From assembly GCA_024421085.1 (NCBI GenBank), contig JAHQYN010000003.1:4721-68720 (forward strand): DNA of 64,000 nt, read 5' to 3'. Below, piece after piece: positions 56,392 to 64,000 of this stretch. The notes below the pieces were generated by a model. It did not search any database, was not told where the DNA came from, and was given only the letters and a program-made list of their open reading frames with translations. How positions within the stretch are numbered: the stretch's first letter is position 1; every line of letters begins with the position of its first letter. Origin of the DNA: Acidimicrobiia bacterium. GTDB lineage: Bacteria > Actinomycetota > Acidimicrobiia > Acidimicrobiales > Aldehydirespiratoraceae. Made by a program: the position numbers and the translations under genes.

Positions 56392-57798
56392 ATGCATGTG
56401 ACCGTTATCGGCCATAGCTGCCTGCACATCAAGACTCGTGCGGGCACCGTGTTGATCGACCCGTGGCTGTCGGGCTCGTGCTATTGGCGGTCGTGGTGGC
56501 ATTTCCCTCCAAGCGCTGAACCCGATGAGCAGATGTTCAGTCCCGACTGGATCTATCTCACCCACCATCACTTCGACCACTTCCACTATCCGTCGATGCG
56601 GCGGATGGACCGGTCGGCCAAAGTGATGATCCCCCGCTTCGGGGTGGATGCGATGGTCGACGAGGTGAGGAGCCTCGGCTTCGAGTCGCCTCAGGAGCTG
56701 GTGCATGGCCGCATCGTCGAGCTCGGTGACGGGGTTCGGGTGGCTTCGTACCAGTACGGATTCGACGACACGACCTTCGTGGTTGCCGAAGACGACAATG
56801 TTGTGATCGACATCAACGACTGCAAGATCCGCAGGCGTTCGCTCTCCCAGATCAAGCGAGATTTCGGTCGGCCGACGCTGGCCTGCAAGAGCCATTCGTT
56901 CGCGCAGTCGTATCCCGTCCTGTACGAGGCGGAAGACCCGGAGCAGCTCCGACTGGTCTCACGCGACACCTACATCGACGACTTCCACGACGTGATGTCG
57001 GGTCTGCAACCTGAGTTTGCGGTGCCCTTCGGTTCGATGGCCGGTTTCCTGCACCCGGAGAGCCGGCCGGTCAACGAACACTTGGTGACCCCCAACATGG
57101 TCGTAGACGGCGTGGCTGAACGCGGAGGCATTGCAGGCACAGACGTGGTGACCATGGCGCCGGGCGATGTCTGGGACAGCGAGGCGGGGTTCACCCGCTC
57201 CGAAACAGACTGGTACACCGATCGCAGCCGACATCTTGAAGACCTGCTGAAGTTGCATGGCCCCAAGATCGCCGAGCGCGCCGCCCGCGAGGAGGGCGCA
57301 GTTGTGGACTGGCACCACTTCGAGTCCTATCTGACCCGCTTCGTGCGCGACATCCCGAGGGTGTTCGGTCGGCGGCTGGCGCCGAAGCCCTTCGTCTTCC
57401 ATGTGCGGTCCGACGAGTCCACACCGTACTGGTGGGTGTCGTTTCGTTCCCGGTCGGTGGGCCGGTCAGCAGAACCTCCCGCGGACCGCTCCGGGATAAC
57501 CACAGTTCCTGAAGCGGTTCTCGCTGAGGCGATAGACGACACGATCCTGCATCTGGTTCACGGCTCAATGCGCATCCGGACCGCGCTGGCGCCTGACGGG
57601 GTGCAGAGCGACCTCGGTTTCTGGGGCTTGGCGATGATGTGGGAACTCGGATACCTGCCGTTGCGCCGCAGCGCTCGTCGGCGCCGTTTCTGGACCGCGC
57701 TGTTGCGCCGTCACCGGGAGCTCATCGAGCAGATCCCGGTTGTGGTGCTGCGCAATCCGGTCGATCACCTGGCCGAACGCTTCGGTGCCGACGTCTGA
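56392..57798 (+). CDS. MBL-fold hydrolase with C-terminal extension
   Basis: MHVTVIGHSCLHIK...LTHHHFDHF. Confidence 0.7.
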   Translation: MHVTVIGHSCLHIKTRAGTVLIDPWLSGSCYWRSWWHFPPSAEPDEQMFSPDWIYLTHHHFDHFHYPSMRRMDRSAKVMIPRFGVDAMVDEVRSLGFESPQELVHGRIVELGDGVRVASYQYGFDDTTFVVAEDDNVVIDINDCKIRRRSLSQIKRDFGRPTLACKSHSFAQSYPVLYEAEDPEQLRLVSRDTYIDDFHDVMSGLQPEFAVPFGSMAGFLHPESRPVNEHLVTPNMVVDGVAERGGIAGTDVVTMAPGDVWDSEAGFTRSETDWYTDRSRHLEDLLKLHGPKIAERAAREEGAVVDWHHFESYLTRFVRDIPRVFGRRLAPKPFVFHVRSDESTPYWWVSFRSRSVGRSAEPPADRSGITTVPEAVLAEAIDDTILHLVHGSMRIRTALAPDGVQSDLGFWGLAMMWELGYLPLRRSARRRRFWTALLRRHRELIEQIPVVVLRNPVDHLAERFGADV

Positions 57799-57925
57799 GC
57801 CCGGCGGCCGCTGCGAAGGCAAAATACCCCTAGACTTTTGCTGCGGCGGGCGATATGTTCCGTCGTGAGTATCGCGGCCTACTTGCCGGGCGCCATCAAT
57901 TCCCTGATGATTAAGGAAAATCAGT

Positions 57926-58288
57926 ATGGCGCGAGTCTTCTTGACGCTGGAAGTTTTCATCTTCGGCTGTGTGATGTTCACCCTCGGGATGTCGCTTTCG
58001 ACCTACACCTGCATGCGGCTGTTCCGACGACACCTGCGGAGAGCCGCGGGGAAACCCGATGAGCACGGGGTGACCCGTGACGACATCCGCTCGGAGTTGA
58101 TGCGCGATGCCTTCGCCACTGAGCTCATGTGCAACGACGACACCCCCGATGATGTTGCGCGGTACCTCTACTTGGAGGCAGAACGCAGAGCGAGGATGCG
58201 CAAGCAGGGTTTTCTCGCCGACGACGAGAACGACCTCTTCTCACCGCCCCGGCACAGACCCGAACTGCCCGAGAGCCCCGGTCAGTAG
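57926..58288 (+). CDS. hypothetical small membrane protein
   Basis: AAGGAAAA RBS-like sequence upstream, one TM segment, no motif. Confidence 0.45.
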   Translation: MARVFLTLEVFIFGCVMFTLGMSLSTYTCMRLFRRHLRRAAGKPDEHGVTRDDIRSELMRDAFATELMCNDDTPDDVARYLYLEAERRARMRKQGFLADDENDLFSPPRHRPELPESPGQ

Positions 58289-59286
58289 GCGTCCATGTCG
58301 AGGAACTCGAAGGTGTCGAGGGTGATCGCGTCCTGGTCGACTGTCGGGTCGAGATGCCGGATGATCAAGTTGAGCGGCGACGGTTGAAGCCTCCTCGGAG
58401 GACGGACCCCATGAACCCGGACTGAACCGTTGAAACCCGCGTAGACCGCGAAGGCCCCGCGGTGCCGGCGCGTCGCCGAGCGGATGGCACGGGTGGCGTC
58501 AACACTGGCGTTGCTGCTGGTCAACGGGAAGAGTTTCAGCACAACGCAGGCGGGAATCGGACCTGCGGCAGCACGGGCCGTGATCAACGCGACGTCGTCG
58601 GCGACGTGCAGGTGATACTGCGTGTGCGGGCACGCCAGACGCCAACGCAGCACCTCCGGCGTGTAGTCGGTCGCCCAACCGCCGACTCGGTGGCGGTCAA
58701 CGGCGGCGGCGAACTCTTCGAACACGCCCGAATCAAGGAATCCCGCACTGACCTCAATGTGCCGGATACGGCGTGCACCACGGCCCAGCGGGCTGATGAC
58801 CCGAACCGGCAGCGGTCCGGCCAGCCGCCAGCCCATGTACTTGACGACCGCACCAGACGACTTCTCGTTGGTCACGCCGACTACGAACGACCAGCCCCGA
58901 GCGGCGGCTTCGTCGTAGATCTCTAGGCCGATACGACTGAAGTGCCGGGTTCGCTGGTGGTCTGCGTGCACGACTGCGTTCTGTGACCAGGCCCCGTTGG
59001 CGCGTTCGCCGTCGGGCCCGCGGTACACCCGAGGCATGTTGGCATAGTGGGCGACCAGTCGCGGCTTGCCGCCGCCAGCGACGATCTGGTGCCTCTCGAT
59101 GGCACGTCCCAGCGGGTTTTCGCGGTAGGCCCAACGCAGGTAGTCCGACGACACGAAGCGAGGGTCGGGGAGTTCGGCGTTCAACAACGCGGTTGCGTCG
59201 TCGAGGATCCTCTGGTCGTCAGACGACCCGTCGACCGTCCAACCTTCGACGCCTTCGTGGACGGTGGCGCCTTCGGGTGCTTGCAT
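58282..59286 (-). CDS. GNAT-like acyltransferase (putative)
   Basis: General GNAT/FemAB-like appearance only. Start reset to MQAPEGAT, because the longer ORF runs through non-coding direct repeats whose 71-bp spacing is not a multiple of 3. Confidence 0.5.
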   Translation of the reverse strand: MQAPEGATVHEGVEGWTVDGSSDDQRILDDATALLNAELPDPRFVSSDYLRWAYRENPLGRAIERHQIVAGGGKPRLVAHYANMPRVYRGPDGERANGAWSQNAVVHADHQRTRHFSRIGLEIYDEAAARGWSFVVGVTNEKSSGAVVKYMGWRLAGPLPVRVISPLGRGARRIRHIEVSAGFLDSGVFEEFAAAVDRHRVGGWATDYTPEVLRWRLACPHTQYHLHVADDVALITARAAAGPIPACVVLKLFPLTSSNASVDATRAIRSATRRHRGAFAVYAGFNGSVRVHGVRPPRRLQPSPLNLIIRHLDPTVDQDAITLDTFEFLDMDAY

Positions 59287-59317
59287 CGATGCCGTCACGC
59301 CCCGAACAGTACTCGCC

Positions 59318-59419
59318 GCCGGTGCCGCTCCGGTGCTGTGGGGTAGCGCAAGAAGCTCGAAGGGGGACTCGCTGAGATCCACCTCGCGGCCGGTGCCGCT
59401 CCGGTGCTGTGGAGTAGCG
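59318..59419. repeat. two 31-bp direct repeats (59318-59348, 59389-59419) in a divergent intergenic region
   Basis: gccggtgccgctccggtgctgtgg(g/a)gtagcg occurs twice. Each copy holds two copies of CCGGTGC. Confidence 0.85.
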
Positions 59420-59426
59420 TGAAGAC

Positions 59427-60254
59427 GTGCCGAATCGACGCTGGACGGAGTACCTGGCATCGCTGGGTCTGCTGGGGACGGATTTCGGCAAGGCCATTGA
59501 GGGTGTGGTCGGCGTGCCGGTGACCGCCCACAGTGCTTTCGAGGCAGCGGTCAAGGCCGCGTCGATGGCGCTGGAGGGCCGCAGGATCCAGTCGACCGCA
59601 CACCAGGACAGTTCGGCGACTCTCCAGCGGGTGGTCGAAGTTGTTCCGTCCTTCGCGCTCCCGGTGATCGCCGCCGGCCGCATCGCGGTATGGCAGCGGC
59701 TCGGCATCGAGCTCACGGACGGTTCCTGGCAGGGTTACGGCTTTGATCGGGCGTTGGTCACCGCGCACGATGTCGGGCTCGATCCCGGACAGCTCGACCG
59801 GGTCGAAGTCGGGCGGCTCACTGCCGAAGTCGAGACTTCGGTTGCAGAGCTGCAGCGCTGGCTCGAACTGCGAGATCTGGACGCCAAGGCAGAGATCGTC
59901 GATGGCGTCTTCGTGATTCGGCCCGGGTGGTCGTCCCGGCTCACTTCAAGCGGCGGCGGTCCGGAGCTGCATAATCGACGGGTCTATCTGCATGTGGTTT
60001 CGGCAGGTCTGTGGGGTCGGACGACGAGCCGGGTGGCGGGTCTGCCCCTGGCGCTGTCGTTTCCCGTCGACGAAGCCCCGCCCGAACTCAGTGTCACAGA
60101 ATTCGTGATCGACGGCGATACGGTCCGGGCCCGATTGTCGACGACCGACCTGGTCATCCCGGTTGACCTGGGCGGAGTGTTGGCGGCTGCGAGCGCCGAA
60201 GGAGCAGGGGCCGCTGCGGCGCTGTTGGCACTGTTGACAAACGCCCGCCCATGA
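59427..60254 (+). CDS. hypothetical protein
   Basis: 275-aa ORF with GTG start. Its stop overlaps the next start (ATGA). No motif recognised. Confidence 0.45.
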   Translation: MPNRRWTEYLASLGLLGTDFGKAIEGVVGVPVTAHSAFEAAVKAASMALEGRRIQSTAHQDSSATLQRVVEVVPSFALPVIAAGRIAVWQRLGIELTDGSWQGYGFDRALVTAHDVGLDPGQLDRVEVGRLTAEVETSVAELQRWLELRDLDAKAEIVDGVFVIRPGWSSRLTSSGGGPELHNRRVYLHVVSAGLWGRTTSRVAGLPLALSFPVDEAPPELSVTEFVIDGDTVRARLSTTDLVIPVDLGGVLAAASAEGAGAAAALLALLTNARP

Positions 60255-60952
60255 ACCCCCCTGACGCATTCTCCGCCTTCGGGAAACTCGCTCGGGTTGA
60301 GACCATGATCGGGGTGGTGTTCGACTGTGACGGGGTGCTTGTCAACACCGAGGAGCTCTGCTGGGGGGTTTGGCGGTCGCTGGCGTCGGACTACGGGATT
60401 GAGCTGACCCTCAGCGACCTCCGCGCGGTCACCGGATGCTCGGACCGCGAGAGCATCGCCTACTTCGCGAGGTGGCTGGGACCGGATCAACTGCCCATTC
60501 TCGGGTCGCAGTTCGAAGAGCTGTTCACAGCCGCGGCGCGTGATCGCACTGAGTCGTATCCGGATGCGCGCCAGACGATGGTTGAGCTCCGTGAGCGCTC
60601 CGTGCCTGTGGCTGTCGCTTCGAACTCGACGACCGCGGCGGTGCGGTCAGCGCTCGAGCGGGGTGCGTTGAGCGAACTGGTGGACTTTGTTGTGGGTGTG
60701 GATCAGGTGGATGCGCCCAAGCCCGCCCCCGATGTCTATCGACACGCCACAGTGCTGTTGGGCGGCGACACGGTGGTCGCTGTTGAGGACTCTCCCGCGG
60801 GTATCGCCTCTGCGGTCGCGGCTGGTCTGCCGGTGTTGGCGGTCGACCGTGGCGCCTTCGCGTCCGATCAACTGAGCGAAGCGTCGCTGGTGGTTCCATC
60901 GATCAGTTACGGTGCGATTGCCGCGGCTGCTTCGGGAGGTACCGCCCAGTAA
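60251..60952 (+). CDS. HAD-superfamily hydrolase (beta-phosphoglucomutase-like)
   Basis: VFDCDGVLVNT (DxDx) and VEDSPAGIASAVAAG. Alternative start at ATG 60305. Confidence 0.8.
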   Translation: MNPPDAFSAFGKLARVETMIGVVFDCDGVLVNTEELCWGVWRSLASDYGIELTLSDLRAVTGCSDRESIAYFARWLGPDQLPILGSQFEELFTAAARDRTESYPDARQTMVELRERSVPVAVASNSTTAAVRSALERGALSELVDFVVGVDQVDAPKPAPDVYRHATVLLGGDTVVAVEDSPAGIASAVAAGLPVLAVDRGAFASDQLSEASLVVPSISYGAIAAAASGGTAQ

Positions 60953-61011
60953 GTTGCACACGCTCCCTTTCTGGTTCTGCATGGCCCCCGCGCACCGCTA
61001 GCCTGGTCGGC

Positions 61012-62235
61012 TTGACAGAGCCGAGAATCACAGTCCGCCCGGGGCACCCTGACTTCTTGGACCTCGCCTGGGAACAGTCCGTCGTCGATTGGCGCAGCTC
61101 TCGGCTCGTCACACTGCCCAAGGGGATCTCCCGCCACGAAGTCCGCTTCGTCGCCTACGACCAGGGCCTGTATGCGGTCAAGGAACTGCCCCTCAAGGCG
61201 GCTCGCAACGACTACCAGGTGCTGCGCGAGCTTGAACGGATGGAGGCACCGTCGGTCACCGCGGTGGGGCTGGTGGAGGACCGTTCAGACGATCCCGGAG
61301 CGGAGCGCTCGGCAGCCCTGATCACCAGGTATGTCGACTTCTCGTTCTCCTACCGGGAACTGCTCGAAGGCGCCGGTTTCGGCCAACGGCGCCGTCAGAT
61401 GTTGGCCGCTTTCGCCGGTCTGCTCGTCGAACTGCATCTGGCGGGTTGCTTCTGGGGTGACTGTTCGCTGTCGAACGTCCTCTTCAAGTACGACGCGATG
61501 GCCATCGAGGCTCTGATGGTCGACGCAGAGACCGCCGAACTCCATCCCGAGCTCAGCGACGGTCAACGCCTCCACGACATCGACATCATGACAATCAACG
61601 TGGCAGGCGGTATGGCCGACATCGCGGCTTCACGAGGTGTCAGCCTCGACGACGCCGACACCGACCTCGGAGAGGAGATGGCCAGTTGGTACGAATGGCT
61701 GTGGGATGAGACCACCCGCGAGACCGTCATCGGCAGCGACGAGCGTTATCGCATAACCGAACGGGTGCGGCGTCTCAATGACCTCGGATTCACGGTCGAC
61801 GAAGTCGACCTGACCTCCACCGATGGAGGCACCCGACTGCGGGTGCGTCCGAGCGTCGGCCCTCGGAACCACAACAGCCGCCGCTTGCGGGAGATAACTG
61901 GGATAGAAGCCTCGGAGTGGCAAGCCCGGCACCTGCTCAGCGACATCTACCACTTCTCAGCGGGCCAACGCGTTGACAATAGCGGGGACATGGCGTTGGC
62001 GGCGATCCGTTGGCGCACAGAACGCTGGGAGCCGGCAGTCCGGCGGATTCGAGCTGAGGCGGGGGATGACAATGTCTTGCAGGGTTACTGCGACTTCCTG
62101 AATTATCGCTATGAGGCATCCAGCCGAGCAGGCGCTGACCTGGGCCAACGAGTCGCCTTCGACGGCTGGCTCGCAGCCGGACGCCCCGGTTTCCGCCCCG
62201 AACCCGAGGTTTCCCCCACCGACACCGGCATCTAA
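61012..62235 (+). CDS. DUF4032-like protein (kinase-like fold)
   Basis: LPKGISRHEVRFV...YAVKELP...LHLAGCFWGDCSLSNVLF...LMVDAETAELHPELSDGQR, as recalled for the actinobacterial DUF4032 family. Confidence 0.7.
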   Translation: MTEPRITVRPGHPDFLDLAWEQSVVDWRSSRLVTLPKGISRHEVRFVAYDQGLYAVKELPLKAARNDYQVLRELERMEAPSVTAVGLVEDRSDDPGAERSAALITRYVDFSFSYRELLEGAGFGQRRRQMLAAFAGLLVELHLAGCFWGDCSLSNVLFKYDAMAIEALMVDAETAELHPELSDGQRLHDIDIMTINVAGGMADIAASRGVSLDDADTDLGEEMASWYEWLWDETTRETVIGSDERYRITERVRRLNDLGFTVDEVDLTSTDGGTRLRVRPSVGPRNHNSRRLREITGIEASEWQARHLLSDIYHFSAGQRVDNSGDMALAAIRWRTERWEPAVRRIRAEAGDDNVLQGYCDFLNYRYEASSRAGADLGQRVAFDGWLAAGRPGFRPEPEVSPTDTGI

Positions 62236-62239
62236 CGAC

Positions 62240-62268
62240 TTGCAACGCTACGCAAACTAGTTTATGAT
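62240..62268 (+). promoter_or_regulatory. sigma-70-like promoter TTGCAA-N17-TATGAT
   Basis: -35 at 62240-62245 and -10 at 62263-62268. GGAGG lies 5 nt before ATG 62296. Confidence 0.5.
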
Positions 62269-62295
62269 GCAAACCAACTTACCATTGGAGGTATC

Positions 62296-62943
62296 ATGAG
62301 CCAAGCATTCGAAGTGGACGCCAACAGGATCACCGACGAGGAGAGTTGGGTGTCCATTCACGCCACCGTCGACGATGCCCGGCGGTCGATGTACGTCGCA
62401 GGGAGCACGACGATCCTCCTGCTGTGGGCCGCGATCACCGGGACCGGCCTCGTCGCCCAATACGCCATCGCGCAATTGGCACCGGGCTTCACCGAGCGGT
62501 TTCCCTGGTTTCCGGGTCCGCTGTGGGGCGCACTCGCTGTGTTCGGCATGGTGGCCTGTGCCATCATCGGAAACCGAGCGAGCCAAATTCTCGGAGCCGG
62601 AGAGGCGGCGCGCAGCGCAGGGATCCGGGTCTTTCTGTTCTGGCTCGCAGTCGTTGGAGCCGCGTTCCTCATTCCGCTGGCGGCCGGATCGTGGAACGCA
62701 GACGTGGCCGACAGAGGCAGGAGCATCGTGGTCGTCACGGTGGGCATCGTGGCACTGGGCCACATCCTCTTCGGAATCATGCACCGCCCGCTGATTGCGG
62801 CTGCGGGCATCGGCTACGCCTTGGCGTTCTACATCCCCTTCTACGTCGCGGGTGACGCCGCCCCAGCGATCTCAGGCGCCGCGCTGCTGATCGTTGCGAC
62901 AGCCGCGCTCATCTGGGTCACCAAGAATCGAGTGAGCGGGTGA
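62296..62943 (+). CDS. integral membrane protein
   Basis: Strong RBS, 5-6 TM segments, coupled (GTGA overlap) to the downstream regulator. Confidence 0.6.
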   Translation: MSQAFEVDANRITDEESWVSIHATVDDARRSMYVAGSTTILLLWAAITGTGLVAQYAIAQLAPGFTERFPWFPGPLWGALAVFGMVACAIIGNRASQILGAGEAARSAGIRVFLFWLAVVGAAFLIPLAAGSWNADVADRGRSIVVVTVGIVALGHILFGIMHRPLIAAAGIGYALAFYIPFYVAGDAAPAISGAALLIVATAALIWVTKNRVSG

Positions 62944-63299
62944 GCCTCGCCGCCGCGCCCGCCGGCGACGACATCGTCCTCGACGACACCATCCATCAGG
63001 CAACCCGGCTGCGAATCATGACCGTGCTCGTCTCAGTTCCCGAGGCGGACCGGCTGGCCTACGGATTCATCCAAGAGACGCTCGGATTGACCGGCGGGAA
63101 CCTGACCATCCACCTGCGCAAGCTCCAGCAGGCCGGTTACCTGGAGATCACCAAAGAGTTCTGCGGCACCAAGCCGCGGACCTGGGTCCAGGCGACACCG
63201 AGCGGGCGACGCGCCTTTGCGGACTACCTGTCGAATCTGCAGCGAGCACTGACCTTCCAACCCCCGCAACCACCCTCGGAGGACCGCACCGACACCTAA
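62940..63299 (+). CDS. winged-helix transcriptional regulator (ArsR/MarR-like)
   Basis: IHQATRLRIMTVL...IQETLGLTGGNLTIHLRKLQQAGYLEI. Confidence 0.75.
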   Translation: MSLAAAPAGDDIVLDDTIHQATRLRIMTVLVSVPEADRLAYGFIQETLGLTGGNLTIHLRKLQQAGYLEITKEFCGTKPRTWVQATPSGRRAFADYLSNLQRALTFQPPQPPSEDRTDT

Positions 63300-63300
63300 A

Positions 63301-63412
63301 CCCCTCAAAAAAGGGACAACTTCGGTGGTTGTCACAGCTAGTCGTCGTTGGCGGCTGCGTGTGGTTGGCGGCCCCTCACAAAAGGGACAACTTCGGTGGT
63401 TGTCACAGCTAG
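63301..63412 (-). terminator. duplicated 41-bp element (63301-63341, 63372-63412) with hairpin plus T-tract on the minus strand
   Basis: On the minus strand: GACAAC-caccgaa-GTTGTC followed by CCTTTTTT (copy 1) or CCCTTTTGTG (copy 2). Copy 2 overlaps the SulP stop codon. The stem is only 6 bp. Confidence 0.4.
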
Positions 63413-64000
63413 AGACTCCGAGGTTTGCGGCGGAGCCGCCATTGATGCCGCTCGTCGTCGGCCAGCTCCGCAAGTGTGGGAACTCCGTGACGACCGCCGA
63501 GATGCGCCGCGACCGCACGTTTCGCGTGGGGCTCGATATTGACGATGTCGACGGTCAGGCCCGCGGCCACTGCGTCATCGACGAGTTCGGCCAGGGTCGC
63601 CGCGCCCCCGTAGTCGACCCGCCCGACGTTGGCGAAGTCAATGCGCAGGTTCTGAAGCTGGGGATGCTCGGCGCGCGCGGCGATGAAGCGTGCCTCGAGT
63701 TGTGGGGCGGTCACGAACCAGATCACGCCGCGGGGCCTCAGCACCAGGGTGTCGTGGTCGACCTCGTGGGTGTGGTCGACCCGGAGTTCACGGATGAGAT
63801 GGACTGCGACGGCGAGGGCCACGCCGGCGATCACGCCGCGTTCGACGTTGGGCGCGAACAGCAGGGTCGCCGCGAATGTGCCGAAGACGACGAGCCCCTG
63901 CAGTCGCGAGCCACGGGCGATCGTGAGCATGGCCCCGAAGTCGACGAGACGGTAGGCCGCGGTCAGCACGATCGCCCCCAACACCGCAGTCGGCAGGGAC
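63409..64000 (-). CDS. SulP-family anion transporter, C-terminal part with STAS domain (5' end outside window)
   Basis: A final TM segment followed by a STAS-like LVLRPRGVIWFVTAPQLEARF...DFANVGRVDYGGAATLAELV. Confidence 0.8.
   Translation of the reverse strand, partial: SLPTAVLGAIVLTAAYRLVDFGAMLTIARGSRLQGLVVFGTFAATLLFAPNVERGVIAGVALAVAVHLIRELRVDHTHEVDHDTLVLRPRGVIWFVTAPQLEARFIAARAEHPQLQNLRIDFANVGRVDYGGAATLAELVDDAVAAGLTVDIVNIEPHAKRAVAAHLGGRHGVPTLAELADDERHQWRLRRKPRSL

Noticed and set aside
1-64000. Scan for CRISPR arrays, rRNA and tRNA genes.
   Set aside because: No spaced identical repeats of 25-40 bp in series and no conserved rRNA or tRNA signatures were seen by eye. A tRNAscan or cmsearch run would be needed to be certain.

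Overview
High-GC actinobacterial-type chromosomal segment. All family assignments below come from reading motifs by eye; no searches were run. Core markers are a mycobacteria-like pgsA / acyltransferase / pimA operon, a Kgd-type fused 2-oxoglutarate dehydrogenase, accD-accE, CBS plus cystathionine gamma-synthase/lyase, and LLM/F420-type oxidoreductases. There is also a cell-envelope glycosylation cluster: four GT-C/GT39-like paralogues (one fused to an acyltransferase-3 domain), a deacetylase, a SAM methyltransferase and DUF2304.

This backbone is interrupted by at least five insertions that look lower in GC and carry defence or mobile cargo:
1. 0.3-3.2 kb: a methylase with a built-in specificity domain, plus two small coupled ORFs, one PD-(D/E)xK-like.
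2. 18.6-25.1 kb: a decayed ABC ATPase, a DUF1156-type methylase, and an SF1 helicase with a small coupled partner.
3. 31.3-35.9 kb: IS30/IS1380 debris around a translationally coupled operon. Its genes are an amber-interrupted controller HTH, a Dam-like methylase, a ParB (GERR-box) protein and an Mrr-type nuclease.
4. 39.4-43.6 kb: a PHP-phosphoesterase/Rad50-like ATPase coupled to an AlbA_2 (Schlafen-like)/HATPase_c_4 protein, wedged between accD and accE.
5. 50.1-51.5 kb: a Fic gene bounded by ~90-bp direct repeats that duplicate a gene junction.

Signals the ORF track misses:
- a SelW/Rdx-family gene with an in-frame UGA at the CxxU position and a SECIS-like hairpin (35900-36166);
- a 56-aa accE;
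- a 26-codon relic of a second accD;
- a 17-bp x6 tandem repeat bridging a stop/start junction;
- a perfect 16-bp x3 repeat;
- 54-bp repeats and a C14 homopolymer inside kgd;
- palindromic direct repeats in two promoter regions.

No rRNA, tRNA or CRISPR array was seen.

The best candidates for an undescribed system are the methylase-ParB-nuclease operon and the PHP-ATPase/Schlafen-like pair.
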